This document shows positions 1-10,634 of a DNA stretch of 64,000 bases, one piece after another (position 1 is the stretch's first letter; every line of letters begins with the position of its first letter). Under the pieces are notes generated by a model. That model saw only the letters and a program-made list of their open reading frames with translations, was not told the origin of the DNA and searched no databases. The position numbers were made by a program, and so were the translations under genes. The stretch covers positions 672,001-736,000 of the forward strand of contig OZ219801.1 in assembly GCA_964291655.2 (NCBI GenBank), in the 5' to 3' direction. This DNA comes from Chloroflexota bacterium (GTDB taxonomy: Bacteria > Chloroflexota > UBA11872 > VXOZ01).

Positions 1-45
1 TTCACCCAAGCTACCCGGAACGGCGCCGCGGTGGCTGCTTCTTAA
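1..45 (+). CDS. Possible 3' end of an upstream gene (partial)
   Basis: Frame 1 is open from the window edge to TAA (FTQATRNGAAVAAS*); too short to identify. Confidence 0.3.
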   Translation, partial: FTQATRNGAAVAAS

Positions 46-194
46 ATGCGAGGACAAAGAGAGGCAAAAGGGCATAGAATAGAATTGTCCTACGGTAACG
101 GACTCAGCATCGCCGCTGAGCGCGTTTATCGAGTAGTCTTGCTTAAGTCCGGCGCACCCGTAAAGGGATACGAGTATCGAATACACTAAGGGTA

Positions 195-458
195 GTGAGC
201 GTCATGGCAGTCGAGACCCACAATACGCGCAAATCCTCCAAATCTACACCTAGCCAGCAGGCTGAAGTGCTCTATGCGCGCTATGGCAAACCACTGGAAG
301 CCGAGCACTCCGGTGATTTCATTGCAGTCTCAACGCAAGGGAAGGTTGTGCGCGCGCCCACGCTGCAGCAGGTTCTGGACCTATCGTTAGAGCAGCTTGG
401 TAAAGGCAGCTATGTATTCAGGCTCGGAGCCGACCGCAGTGTCATCAAGTGGCGATGA
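195..458 (+). CDS. Small DUF5678-like protein
   Basis: 87 aa; LEAEHSGDFIAVS..GKVV...YVFRLG pattern resembles DUF5678 proteins that precede clan AA proteases. Confidence 0.65.
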   Translation: MSVMAVETHNTRKSSKSTPSQQAEVLYARYGKPLEAEHSGDFIAVSTQGKVVRAPTLQQVLDLSLEQLGKGSYVFRLGADRSVIKWR

Positions 459-473
459 CGGGGCGCCAGTGCA

Positions 474-821
474 GTGCGTGTCGAGAGTGATCACTTTCCT
501 TACCTTCCTGTTAGTCTCTCGCTTCGCGGTCGCAAGACCGAGTTCGAAGCTCTTCTCGACACTGGCTTCGATGGTGGTTTGGCAGTGTCCGAAAACTCCA
601 TAGCAGACCGGCAAACTGCCGAGTGGCGCCTAACGGCTTCTTTGGCAGATGGGTCCTTGGTGGACGTTCCTGCATGTCTGGGAACGGTGCAGGTCGGTGA
701 GCTTCCACCGGTGACCACGATCATCATTACATTGGGTGACGAGCCAATCCTGGGTCGTGCAGTGTCCGATCAGTTCAACATCACGCTCGACCACGGCCAG
801 CGCATAGTTGTCGAACCATAG
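474..821 (+). CDS. Clan AA (retropepsin-like) aspartic protease
   Basis: ALLDTGFDG catalytic DTG motif, C-terminal ILG motif, 115 aa single domain. Confidence 0.85.
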   Translation: MRVESDHFPYLPVSLSLRGRKTEFEALLDTGFDGGLAVSENSIADRQTAEWRLTASLADGSLVDVPACLGTVQVGELPPVTTIIITLGDEPILGRAVSDQFNITLDHGQRIVVEP

Positions 822-838
822 CCAGGAAGGAACTCCTT

Positions 839-1594
839 GTGCTCAATGCATTTGACCTGACCGGCCGGACAGTAATCGTCACCGGCGCGAGCCGCGGCAT
901 CGGCCGGACTACGGCGGAAGTGCTCGCTGCCGCCGGCGCCAATGTCGTGGCCGTTGCCCGTACCGAGAGTGCGCTTCAGTCTCTTGTGCAGGACATCCTC
1001 GCCTCCGGCGGCAAGGCGCTCGCAGTGCGCGCCGACGTGAACGTGCCTGAAGACACTGAGATGCTCGTGGAACGCACAAGAGAAGCCTTCGGCACGGTGG
1101 ACGCCCTTGTGAATAACGCGGGCGAGGCTGGGAAACATGGGGCCATGGGCGAGACCTCCGCTGCCGATTGGGACGAACTGATCGAGAATAACCTGCGCAG
1201 CGCGTTCCTGTGTTCCAAGGCTGTCTTTTCAACCATGGAGAGGCAACAGCATGGCAGCATTGTCAACATGGCAAGCATCAGCGGACAGAACGGTGGCCAG
1301 AGCGCGCGTGTGCACTATGCAGCTTCGAAAGGCGGCATGATCGCGTTTACGAAAGCGCTCGCCCGGCAGATGGCACCCTGGGGCCGGGCCAACAACATCG
1401 CACCCGGCCAGATAGACACCGGCTTTGCCCGCATTCCCGAGGACCGGCTGCGCGTCGTACTCGACCGCACCCCGCTGCAACGCCTCGGCAAGTCGGAAGA
1501 CATCGCCTATGGCGTGCTCTATCTCGCCAGTGACGCTTCATCGTTCATCACCGGTCATACGCTTTCTATCAACGGTGGGATGATCATGGATTGA
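839..1594 (+). CDS. SDR family NAD(P)-dependent oxidoreductase (FabG-like)
   Basis: TGASRGIG, NNAG, YAASK, APG motifs. Confidence 0.93.
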   Translation: MLNAFDLTGRTVIVTGASRGIGRTTAEVLAAAGANVVAVARTESALQSLVQDILASGGKALAVRADVNVPEDTEMLVERTREAFGTVDALVNNAGEAGKHGAMGETSAADWDELIENNLRSAFLCSKAVFSTMERQQHGSIVNMASISGQNGGQSARVHYAASKGGMIAFTKALARQMAPWGRANNIAPGQIDTGFARIPEDRLRVVLDRTPLQRLGKSEDIAYGVLYLASDASSFITGHTLSINGGMIMD

Positions 1595-1694
1595 GTGGGC
1601 AGTGGCACGATAATTCATTATGTCGACCACTAAGCACACGGCTTTGCTAGAAAGGTCAAGGGTCTTTCGCAGCGCAACAAGAAAGTAGGTAAAA

Positions 1695-3110
1695 TTGGCT
1701 GCAAATTCGAGCACTGCCGCACTGGGCAGTCCGCCCGGGCCGGGCGACTTCCTGGGACTACATACGTTGCGCGCCTTTAAGCGCGATCCTCTGGGGACAT
1801 TGCAGGACCTGCATCTCGCGTATGGCGAGGTAGTCTATTCACCCCTGGTCAATGCTCCAACATACTTGCTTGCTCATCCCGACCATGTCGGATACGTACT
1901 CCAAGCAAACCACCGTAACTATCGGCGGAGCCGCAACAGCGACAAGCTCAAGCGGGCCCTCGGCAATGGTCTCTTGACCAACGACGGCGCGTCCTGGCTC
2001 AAGCAACGCCGACTCATGCAGCCGGCTTTCCACCGCAACCGCATTGTTCACTTCGGTGAGACTATGACGAACGAGACGCAGAAGCTGCTAGCGGAGTGGC
2101 AGGCTGAGGCGCCTCGTGGCAAGCCGCTGGACGTGAGCAGTGAGATGATGCGCCTGACTCTCGCCATAGTGAGCCGCACGATGTTCGGCGCCACAGTAGT
2201 GCAGGAGGCTGAGCCGCTTGGTCCGGCGACTTCGCAGTTGCAGGAAGAGGCGCACAGGCGTCAGTTTGTGTTGTTCGACGTGCCGGAGTGGGTCCCTTTG
2301 CCACATCTGCGCCGTGCCAAGGCGGCACGGGTGACCATCGAGCGAGTTGTAACGCGCATGATCGAGGAAAGGCGTCGCACGGACGCGCCCGCCCACAATG
2401 ACTTGCTCGCCATGCTGCTAGACGCCAAAGACGCCGACACCGGTGAGCCCATGGAGGACACGCAACTGCGCGATGAGGTGCGTACCATCTTTCTTGCTGG
2501 GCATGAGACAACGTCAAACGCACTCACGTGGACGTGGTACCTGCTCGCGCGCAATCCTGCCGCCGCCGGGAAATTGCGGGCAGAGCTCGCTCATGTCCTG
2601 GGAGGCCGTTTGCCTACCGTTGCCGATCTTCCCCAGCTTCCGTACACCAAGATGGTCGTGGAAGAGTCGATGCGCCTGCTGCCGCCGGTCTGGGCCATTT
2701 CGCGTGAGGCAATCGCTGACGATGAGATTGGCGGGTACCGCATTCCATCTGGCAGCACGATTGTCGTCAGCCAGTTCATCACGCATCGGCACCCCGATTT
2801 CTGGGAAGAGCCGGAGACCTTTGACCCGGAACGCTTCTCACCGGACCGCGTAAAGCAGCGCCATCGCTTTGCCTATTTTCCCTTCGGTGGCGGACCCCGA
2901 CTCTGCATCGGCAGCAACTTTGCAATGCTTGAAGCGCAACTAATCCTTGCTACGATTGCCCAGCAATACGAGCTGGAACTTGTGCCCGATCACCCGGTCG
3001 AACTGGAGCCCCTCATCACCCTGCGACCCAAACATGGGGTGATGATGACGCTCCGTCCGTGTACCTCAGGCGACAAGCGGGATACAGGTCACGCACGGCA
3101 CACTGCGTGA
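1695..3110 (+). CDS. Cytochrome P450
   Basis: AGHETT I-helix, EESMR (ExxR), PERF, FGGGPRLCIG heme-Cys loop. Confidence 0.97.
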   Translation: MAANSSTAALGSPPGPGDFLGLHTLRAFKRDPLGTLQDLHLAYGEVVYSPLVNAPTYLLAHPDHVGYVLQANHRNYRRSRNSDKLKRALGNGLLTNDGASWLKQRRLMQPAFHRNRIVHFGETMTNETQKLLAEWQAEAPRGKPLDVSSEMMRLTLAIVSRTMFGATVVQEAEPLGPATSQLQEEAHRRQFVLFDVPEWVPLPHLRRAKAARVTIERVVTRMIEERRRTDAPAHNDLLAMLLDAKDADTGEPMEDTQLRDEVRTIFLAGHETTSNALTWTWYLLARNPAAAGKLRAELAHVLGGRLPTVADLPQLPYTKMVVEESMRLLPPVWAISREAIADDEIGGYRIPSGSTIVVSQFITHRHPDFWEEPETFDPERFSPDRVKQRHRFAYFPFGGGPRLCIGSNFAMLEAQLILATIAQQYELELVPDHPVELEPLITLRPKHGVMMTLRPCTSGDKRDTGHARHTA

Positions 3111-3135
3111 TCTCTCTGACGCTCACCACATCACT

Positions 3136-3792
3136 ATGGCAGCCTTCGAGTCATTCGTCTTCGTCTTCGCCGCATCGTTCTCCATTGGCCTCTCCGGTGC
3201 GATGTCCCCCGGTCCGTTAACCGTATTTGTGATGGGGCAGAGTGCCCGCTACGGCATAGTAGCCGGCCCGCTGGCATCGTTGGGGCACGGACTGTTGGAG
3301 GCGGCACTCGTCGTGCTGCTGTGGCTCGGACTCGCCCGCGTACTTCAGTGGGATCCGGTGCTTGCAGCTATCGGCGTGGTAGGCGGCCTCGTGATGATAT
3401 GGATGGGCTGGCAAATCGTGAGCGGCGTGCGGCGCAAAGGCGCAAGACTGGCCGAATCTGTTTCTGACAAGCATGCCGATCACCCTATGGTGGGCGGAGC
3501 CCTACTTAGCTTGGCGAACCCCTATTGGTCGTTCTGGTGGGCCACCGTTGGCATCTCTACGATGACAACCCTCGCGTTGCCGCGTGGCGCAACCGGTCTC
3601 GCTGCCTTCACTCTCGGCCACGTCGCCAGCGACTTCTTTTGGCTCACGCTGGTTGCCATAGTCTTTGCGACCGGGAGACGCTTCATCTCGGACCGTGTGT
3701 ACCAGTCCGCGCTCTATCTTTTCGGCATTGTCCTGGCGCTCTTTGGGCTCTACTTCATGTGGTTCGGCGCCATGAAGCTCTTGTCACCCTAA
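3136..3792 (+). CDS. LysE family translocator
   Basis: SGAMSPGP and SLANPY motifs, about 6 hydrophobic segments. Confidence 0.88.
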   Translation: MAAFESFVFVFAASFSIGLSGAMSPGPLTVFVMGQSARYGIVAGPLASLGHGLLEAALVVLLWLGLARVLQWDPVLAAIGVVGGLVMIWMGWQIVSGVRRKGARLAESVSDKHADHPMVGGALLSLANPYWSFWWATVGISTMTTLALPRGATGLAAFTLGHVASDFFWLTLVAIVFATGRRFISDRVYQSALYLFGIVLALFGLYFMWFGAMKLLSP

Positions 3793-3868
3793 TTCTGACC
3801 GGCTCGCGCCATAGAGCTTACGGAGTATTGAGGACCTCTTGCGCCGCAGGATTCTAAACCAAATTCCA

Positions 3869-3898
3869 TAGACGGTAGGCAAAATCCGCTGGTATAAT
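3869..3898 (+). promoter_or_regulatory. Probable sigma70-type promoter of the tRNA
   Basis: TAGACG-18 nt-TATAAT with extended -10 TG. Confidence 0.5.
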
Positions 3899-3975
3899 CG
3901 GATTCGGCGCCATTCATTCGCCACGGTTGATCGAGCGTTACTTCGATTCATCTTGTGCGCTGATCAATTCCTTCT

Positions 3976-4048
3976 GCCCCCGTAGCTCAGTGGACAGAGC
4001 AACTGCCTTCTAAGTAGTCGGTCGGGTGTTCGAATCACCCCGGGGGTA
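3976..4048 (+). tRNA. tRNA-Arg(TCT)
   Basis: Acceptor GCCCCCG/CGGGGGT, D arm, anticodon stem ACTGC/GTAGT with loop CTTCTAA, T arm GGGTG-TTCGAAT-CACCC; followed by CCG, so CCA is not fully encoded. Confidence 0.96.
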
Positions 4049-4068
4049 CCGCTGGTCCGCTTTCTTCC

Positions 4069-5274
4069 TCAGTTGTCCGCCCCGCGGGCAAAAGTTCCCG
4101 CAACCCATGCCTCCGCAGGGTTTACCAACGTCCCGCGCAGCACGGTATGCATGCCGAATTTGCCACGGATTTTGTCTACGGCCCGGTCGCGTTGGCTCAG
4201 CCGATCCTCGGGCTCTAGCCAAAGCGGCAACTGACCCTCTCCTGCGGGAATCAACTCGTGCACCCCCACTCCGATGAGTCGATACCCATCGGCGACGAGC
4301 TTGACGCCGTGCAGGAGCCGCTTCGCTTCGGCATAGATGATGTCGGTTGCATCAGTCGGACGCGCGAGCGTGGTCTGGCGGGAGAGCGTGGCAAAGTCTG
4401 CCGAACGCAGTTTAAGTGCAATCGTTCTGCCCCGCATGCCCTTCCCGCGCAGTCTCTTTCCCACCTGTTCCGCCAGCGACATGAGCATATTGAACAACGT
4501 CTCACGCTCATAGACCGTGTGAGGAAACGTCGCTTCATTGCTTACACTCTTCATCGAATGTGTCTGCGACACCCTTCGCGAATCACGCCCGTGTGCCAGA
4601 TGATACGCCTGCCTACCCCATGCGCCAAACGCACGCTGCAACGCATCGCTGGAGTAAGCTGCTAACTGGCCGATAGTGCGAATGCCGTAGGCGTGCAGTC
4701 GCGCTCCCATCTGCGGACCCACCCCCCACATGGCGCCAATCGGCAGTGGCGCCAAGAATTCTTGCTCACCTCCCTGAGGAACGAGCACCAACCCATCGGG
4801 CTTGCCGGTGTTTGTCGCAATCTTGGCCACATACTTGGAGTTCGCGATACCTATTGAGATCGTCAGTCCGCACTCAACTTTGACTCGCTCCCTGATTTCC
4901 CTGGCCGCGGGCACCGGACCGCCTTTCCAGCGTTCCAATCCCGTCGCATCGAGAAAGGCCTCGTCGATTGAAATCGTCTCTACGGACGGCGAGTATTCCC
5001 TCAATATGCCCATCACGCGAGCCGATTCCGCTTGATACTTTCTGTAATTGCCTCTTACGAAAATGCCGTGCGGGCACAAGCGCCGCGCCCGTGCGCCGGG
5101 CATCGCCGCATGGACGCCAAACTCCCGCGCCTCATACGACGCCGCTGTTACGACACCGCGCCCTCCCGCGCCGCCTACCATGACCGGCTTGCCGCGCAAG
5201 GCAGGATTGTCACGCTGCTCCACGGCAGCAAAAAAGGCATCTAGATCGGCATGGATAATCCAACGCGAGGCCAT
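4069..5274 (-). CDS. dinB: DNA polymerase IV (Y family)
   Basis: HADLDAFFAAVE, SYEAR, SIDEAFLD, KPDG motifs. Confidence 0.96.
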   Translation of the reverse strand: MASRWIIHADLDAFFAAVEQRDNPALRGKPVMVGGAGGRGVVTAASYEAREFGVHAAMPGARARRLCPHGIFVRGNYRKYQAESARVMGILREYSPSVETISIDEAFLDATGLERWKGGPVPAAREIRERVKVECGLTISIGIANSKYVAKIATNTGKPDGLVLVPQGGEQEFLAPLPIGAMWGVGPQMGARLHAYGIRTIGQLAAYSSDALQRAFGAWGRQAYHLAHGRDSRRVSQTHSMKSVSNEATFPHTVYERETLFNMLMSLAEQVGKRLRGKGMRGRTIALKLRSADFATLSRQTTLARPTDATDIIYAEAKRLLHGVKLVADGYRLIGVGVHELIPAGEGQLPLWLEPEDRLSQRDRAVDKIRGKFGMHTVLRGTLVNPAEAWVAGTFARGADN

Positions 5275-5565
5275 TGTGTTTCCCTTCGTTCTTCAGTCCG
5301 GCAATGCCTGCCCCAGTGATCTGCGTGTTAAGAAGGTCTTCACATGAGAGCATTCTTGAAGGGAGGCAAAACGCAACACCACAAGCCACCGAGAGGAGGC
5401 CACTTCCCAGGTAGACTGCCGCAGGACGAGCCGATGCCAATGCGGCTCAGCGACCCCAATGCCTACTCTCTTGAAAACGGTTACACTGTGATTGCTGCCC
5501 GCAGGGGGTTGACTTCGCAGCGGGCAAGGCAAAATAGCTAAGTTCAACAGGAGCAGAGGCAAGAT

Positions 5566-6522
5566 ATGGTCACACTTGGCGACGGAAACTACACATACAC
5601 GGTATCGGGGACAAACTGGGGCATCTTGCCGGCGGGCGCCAATTACAAAGAGGCCACGTCCGTAGCGGTGGACTCCCACGACAACGTGTATGTCTTCAAT
5701 CGCGGTACTCATCCCATGGTCGTCTTCGACTCGGACGGAAACGTGCTGCGCACCTGGGGTCACGGCATCTTCGACACGCCGCATGGGGTTGCGGTAGGGC
5801 CGGACGACTCCGTGTATTGCATCGATAGCGGTGATTCGACCGTGCGCAAATTCACGCCGGCCGGCGAATTGCTCATGACCCTTGGCACACCTGGCGAACC
5901 GCCGCCGCCAATGAGCGGTAAGCCCTTCAACCGCCCGACAACGGTCGCGTTTGCGCCGGATTCAGAAGACTTCTACGTGGCGGACGGGTACAGCAACGCG
6001 CACGTGCACAAGTTTTCGGGGGATGGTGAACTGCTCCACTCCTGGGGCGCGTCCGGCACCGAGCCGGGGCATTTCAACATCGTGCACGACATCTCGGTGG
6101 ATGCCGCCGGGCGCGTGTACATAGCCGACCGCGAGAATCACCGCGTGCAAATCTTTGCTGCAGACGGCACGTACCTGACGCAATGGGTAAACCTCTCGAA
6201 GGCCGCTTGCGTGCTCGTGGATCCGCGCGGCGAGGACCTGGTCTACGTGGGCGAGTATTTCGGCGGCATAGATTCAAACGCAATGGGCATGGACCTCGGC
6301 CCGCGCGTCTCCATTCTGGACACCGCCGGCAACGTGCTGGCGCGCCTGGGCAGGGAGTCCTACGGCGACGCGCCCGGCCGCTTCTACTCGCCGCACAGCC
6401 TGGCCGTCGATTCTAAGGGCGACATCTACGTAGCGGAGGTTTCCTGGAGCGAGTACGGCATGAAGCTCGACCCGCCGCGGGAACTGCGGTCGCTGCAAAA
6501 GCTCATCCGGCAGCCGGCCTAG
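5566..6522 (+). CDS. NHL-repeat beta-propeller protein (PAL/alpha-amidating lyase-like)
   Basis: Repeated PHG/VAVD..G.VYVAD..N.RVQ units; RBS upstream. Confidence 0.88.
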   Translation: MVTLGDGNYTYTVSGTNWGILPAGANYKEATSVAVDSHDNVYVFNRGTHPMVVFDSDGNVLRTWGHGIFDTPHGVAVGPDDSVYCIDSGDSTVRKFTPAGELLMTLGTPGEPPPPMSGKPFNRPTTVAFAPDSEDFYVADGYSNAHVHKFSGDGELLHSWGASGTEPGHFNIVHDISVDAAGRVYIADRENHRVQIFAADGTYLTQWVNLSKAACVLVDPRGEDLVYVGEYFGGIDSNAMGMDLGPRVSILDTAGNVLARLGRESYGDAPGRFYSPHSLAVDSKGDIYVAEVSWSEYGMKLDPPRELRSLQKLIRQPA

Positions 6523-6582
6523 CTCCGTCGTGATGCGCCGCCCCATCCCATACGGCCCTATTGCAACGAGGGACAAATGAAA

Positions 6583-6615
6583 AGAGCGAGAGAACCGGTG
6601 TGGTTCTCTCGCTCT
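6583..6615 (-). terminator. Hairpin terminator between convergent genes
   Basis: AGAGCGAGAGAACC/GGTTCTCTCGCTCT 14-bp stem with T-rich tail on the minus strand. Confidence 0.65.
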
Positions 6616-6693
6616 CAGTTCTTCTCGCACATGTCCGTATTGCGCAGCGCACGCTTGCGTTCGAATCAAGCGCAGCGCGCCCTAAGGACAATG

Positions 6694-8121
6694 TTAGCCT
6701 GCAGCGTCGAAGAGCGCGTTGATCTGGTCCTGCGCCTGCCGCAAACCTTCAGCCACACCGATTTCGTTATCGAAAATCGGATTAATGCTGGGGTTGATAC
6801 CTTCGCGGATCATCTGTTGCCAGGTCACCACGTCATGGGTCGGCAGCGAAATAGTCGCGCGCAGTGAGTCTTCCAGCTGAGCGCGAGATGCCGGCGGACC
6901 CGACTTTTCGGTGCTGGTATAGAGCTCCAGCGCGGAGTCAAGCCTGGCCGGAACCTCATTGAAGTTCGCCACGATGCTGTCCTGCACCGGCTTCGTAAGC
7001 GAGTGGGCCAACCACTTCCAGGCTGCGTCCGGCACTGACGTTTGCGGGTTCATAACGGTGCCGCGAAAGTTACTGTTGTTGCCGGTCTGTCCGGTAGTTG
7101 GCGCCTTGGGCAGAAAGGTAACATCCCAATCCAAATCGGGATGGTCCTTGTAGCGATTCCAATACCAGTCTCCCGCGGAGAAGATTGAGACCAGACCTGA
7201 AATCATTAGTGCGGAAGGATGAAGTCCCCCTTCGCGCATCGCCGTGTACTCGTCGCGTGTTGGCGCAACGCGATGCTTCTGCACCAGATCCACGCAGAAC
7301 TGCACCGCATCGATCGCTTCCTCGGAGGCGATGGTGCACCGTGTGCGGTCCTCATTAAGCACGCTGCCGCCGTTCATCTGGATGTAATTGCCCCAGCCGG
7401 TCTCGATTCCGTGCAGGTGTCCCTGGCCGAAGCGCGTGATGTTCTCGCCATCGCGCTGGGTCAGCTTTTCGGCGTACTCCTGCATCGCGTCCCAGTCCCA
7501 GCCGTCACCGAGCTCGGCGGGTGGGGTCAGACCGGCTGCCACGACGTGCTCCACGTTAAATTGCGTGTTGCTCGTGCTATAGTTCCACGGGGTGCCGGAC
7601 GCTTTGCCGTCAGTTGAATACCAATCGACAAAGGATGGCAGCGCTGCTCCCAGGTCTTCAGTTGCTTGCTGATCAGCGGCAAGGTACTGCGAGAGGTCGC
7701 CTACCACTCGACCGCCATCAATCCACGACTTGATGTTGACACCGTTCATCAGGAAGATGTCGGGGCCGGTCTGGGCGGCGAGGGCGGCAAGTACCGCATC
7801 CCAATAGCCTCCCGGCGGTTTCTCAACCGTAAGCGCAACCTCTTGTTGCAGCCCGTTGTACTCCCCCACTAACGCCTCAAAGCCTGGGACATACGTGATG
7901 CCCCACTGCCAGAAGAGGACCGGAGTTGCGCCCTCGGCCGCGGGGGCCTTGGCTTCCTCTTTGGCCGGCGCGTCGCCTTGCGCCATTTCCTCGCCTTCAC
8001 CCGATGGCCCGGCCTGCATGCCGCAGGCAGCCAGGAGCACGCCGGCACCGGATAGAGCCGCCCCACCCAAAAGGGTGCGACGTGAAACTCCACGAATCTC
8101 GCTCCCATTCAGTCTCTTCAT
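6694..8121 (-). CDS. ABC transporter sugar-binding lipoprotein (SBP family 1, Tat signal)
   Basis: SRRTLL twin-Arg, LAAC lipobox, WDWD motif; start moved to the ATG after AAGGAGG. Confidence 0.88.
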   Translation of the reverse strand: MKRLNGSEIRGVSRRTLLGGAALSGAGVLLAACGMQAGPSGEGEEMAQGDAPAKEEAKAPAAEGATPVLFWQWGITYVPGFEALVGEYNGLQQEVALTVEKPPGGYWDAVLAALAAQTGPDIFLMNGVNIKSWIDGGRVVGDLSQYLAADQQATEDLGAALPSFVDWYSTDGKASGTPWNYSTSNTQFNVEHVVAAGLTPPAELGDGWDWDAMQEYAEKLTQRDGENITRFGQGHLHGIETGWGNYIQMNGGSVLNEDRTRCTIASEEAIDAVQFCVDLVQKHRVAPTRDEYTAMREGGLHPSALMISGLVSIFSAGDWYWNRYKDHPDLDWDVTFLPKAPTTGQTGNNSNFRGTVMNPQTSVPDAAWKWLAHSLTKPVQDSIVANFNEVPARLDSALELYTSTEKSGPPASRAQLEDSLRATISLPTHDVVTWQQMIREGINPSINPIFDNEIGVAEGLRQAQDQINALFDAAG

Positions 8122-8271
8122 CACTAAACCTCCTTGATGAGAGAGCACCCCCATTGCGATCACAACCGTTGTGGTTGCTTCTTGCAGCATAGCCACAACG
8201 TTTTTCACCGTCAAGAGTGAGCTAGACACATTTAGAGCGCGATTACCACTTGCGCCTGAATCTTGCCGGCG

Positions 8272-9396
8272 CTAGGCACCAAGGGCGGCCTTCGCGCCAT
8301 ACTCCACGTTTACCTGCCTGCCGGTACGTGCCGCTTGATACGCGGCCTCGATGACCTGCAGCACGTGGAGCGCGTCTGCCAATGTAACCGCAGGCGGGCG
8401 ATCGGTATGGAGTTCTGCAACGAACCGGCGCATGATGTCGTAAGACCAGCGGTGGCCGCCGTAAACAGACATTGGTGCGATGCAATATTCGATGCTCTTC
8501 TGCGGCGCGCCCGACCACGCAGGCGCATCGCTGACGACTTCCAGCACCTGCCCGCCCACGGGTGTCCAGTTTGCCCAGCCGTGCTCGCCGCGATAGACGA
8601 AACAGGAATCATAGCCACTCGCCAGGGGCGGCTGCGCATAGGCGGCGTGCAAACTGCCCAACGCGCCGTTTTCGTACTCCATCGCGACCACAGCCACATC
8701 TTCGAGAGGGTCGTCGATGTATCCCAACGGACGGCCCGCAAGCGCCTGCACGGTCTTGACCTCACACTGCACAAGGTGGCGCATGAACTCGATGTAATGT
8801 CCCCCCAGCATATGCAGCACACCGCCGCCCTCGTTGGCAGCAGTAAACATGAAGTGGGTCGGCTCCCGGCTGCCGGGGCGCACCTGGGTAGTTACGAGGC
8901 GGCTCTCAAGTGAAAGCGGAGCGCCAAAGACGCCCTGGTCGATGAATTGCTTGAGGTCCTGCATTGCGGGATGAAAGCGCCAGGGATACCCCGCAAGCAC
9001 TTTGACCTGATGGTGATCCACAGCCTGCACCAGCCGCGCCAGGTCGGCCGCCGTACGGGCAAACTGTTTCTCCACAAAGAAGTGCTTGCCGGCTGCCGCC
9101 AATTTGATGCCGACGTCGGGTATTTCGTTCGCCGGCAGCACGACACAGGCGAGGTCGAAGTCCTCTTTCTCGATGAGTTCGTCCGCGCTGGCGTACATTG
9201 TGGCCGCTGGATCGAACGCCCGTGCCAAATCTCGCAGCCTTGCGTCGCTATCTTCGCAGTAGGCAACAATCTGCACATCGGGAATCTGCTTGAAAGTGTG
9301 AATGTATCCCGGCGACGGACGTGTCGGATCCAGGCTGCCCACATGCGGGTGCCGCAACCCAACCATGGCGACGCGAACTGGAATCTTGAGCGACAT
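8272..9396 (-). CDS. Gfo/Idh/MocA family oxidoreductase
   Basis: N-terminal Rossmann fold, GKHFFVEKQ, GGGVLHMLGGH. Confidence 0.88.
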   Translation of the reverse strand: MSLKIPVRVAMVGLRHPHVGSLDPTRPSPGYIHTFKQIPDVQIVAYCEDSDARLRDLARAFDPAATMYASADELIEKEDFDLACVVLPANEIPDVGIKLAAAGKHFFVEKQFARTAADLARLVQAVDHHQVKVLAGYPWRFHPAMQDLKQFIDQGVFGAPLSLESRLVTTQVRPGSREPTHFMFTAANEGGGVLHMLGGHYIEFMRHLVQCEVKTVQALAGRPLGYIDDPLEDVAVVAMEYENGALGSLHAAYAQPPLASGYDSCFVYRGEHGWANWTPVGGQVLEVVSDAPAWSGAPQKSIEYCIAPMSVYGGHRWSYDIMRRFVAELHTDRPPAVTLADALHVLQVIEAAYQAARTGRQVNVEYGAKAALGA

Positions 9397-9584
9397 AGTT
9401 CTACCTCTTACATAGGGTTACTTCTCTTTGCCAAGGCGACATTAATCCTAGCGAAGTCCAATAGCATCGGTAAAGGCCGTTCCGAATGACCTGCCTCTTG
9501 ACACTTGAGAGTTACACGCAGGGGCACGACTTGTCGTGCCCCTACTGCATTTCAACTGCCAATTGGGCAGGAATCCCCCACACG

Positions 9585-10634
9585 TTACGTTGGCGCAATC
9601 AGTCTTGTTTCTCTATCGTCAAACGGAAAGTCTATACGCGCGCAGCCCCGGCGGAAAGACTCCCGCATGGCGAGGGCAATCTCCAGGGCGGCGAAGCCGT
9701 CCTCGCCGTTGCAATCCGGCTCCTTGTCGGTTTCAACGCACGCGACCATATCGGCAACCGCTCCGGCAGTAGGGCTTGGCAGCCGCTGCGGTCGCGGAAA
9801 GGCTTCACGCACCGGCCGGTCAGCTCTGCCGCCGCCCGCGCGCCGCCAGAGCTCAAACTCCCGGCCACCGTCGAGGGCCCGAATGCGTCCGTGCTCGCCT
9901 ATTATGTCCCACTCCTGCACCGCCGCGCCGGTGCCCATCGTGCGCAGGTAGCCGCGTGCGCCATTTTGAAATGCAACGTAAGCGTTGCCGCCGTACCGGT
10001 CCCAATCGTCGCTCAGGGCCGCTGGATCACCGATTTCGCCCACCAGCCAGTCTACCGGCGCGTCGCTGGCAAAGTAGCGCAATAAGTCAACCCAATGGCT
10101 GCCGTCATGAGAAAGGGTGGAACCGCAGTAGCCGGTAACCTGGAGCACCGTGCCGATTTCGCCGTCGTCGATAAGTTGCTTGGCCTTGCGGTAGAAGGGA
10201 TGCCAACGGCGCAGACAGCCCACGCCCAGTTTGGCGCCGTGGCGGCGGCAGGCTGTGAGCATCGCCTCGGCCTCCCCCAGCGACCACGCCACCGGCTTTT
10301 CGGCAAAGATCACCTTTACGCCTGCCTCCGCGCACGCGATGACCACTTCCGGTCGCTCCTCGGCGCGCGTGCAGACGCTGACAATATCCAGGGATTCCCG
10401 CTCCAAGAGCTCTTCGTGGCTCTCGAAGACGCGCTCCACGCCCCAGCGGCGGCGATAAAGGTCCCGCTTTTCTCGCACCGGATCGGCGGCGGCAACCACC
10501 TCCACCCGTGGTTCCTCCATATACGCGGCCGTATGAGAAAACGGGAGAATAACGCTGCTGTTGCCCTGTACTTCATCGTCAATGGTGCTGCCGATCCGGC
10601 CACAGCCAATGACGCCTACCCGGTACGTCGCCAC
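9585..10634 (-). CDS. Gfo/Idh/MocA family oxidoreductase
   Basis: GVIGCGRIG, AEKP, DGSHWVD; GTG start after AGGAG. Confidence 0.9.
   Translation of the reverse strand: MATYRVGVIGCGRIGSTIDDEVQGNSSVILPFSHTAAYMEEPRVEVVAAADPVREKRDLYRRRWGVERVFESHEELLERESLDIVSVCTRAEERPEVVIACAEAGVKVIFAEKPVAWSLGEAEAMLTACRRHGAKLGVGCLRRWHPFYRKAKQLIDDGEIGTVLQVTGYCGSTLSHDGSHWVDLLRYFASDAPVDWLVGEIGDPAALSDDWDRYGGNAYVAFQNGARGYLRTMGTGAAVQEWDIIGEHGRIRALDGGREFELWRRAGGGRADRPVREAFPRPQRLPSPTAGAVADMVACVETDKEPDCNGEDGFAALEIALAMRESFRRGCARIDFPFDDRETRLIAPT

Noticed and set aside
3976-4068. Genomic island integrated at tRNA-Arg
   Set aside because: No integrase and no duplicated tRNA 3' end seen in the window
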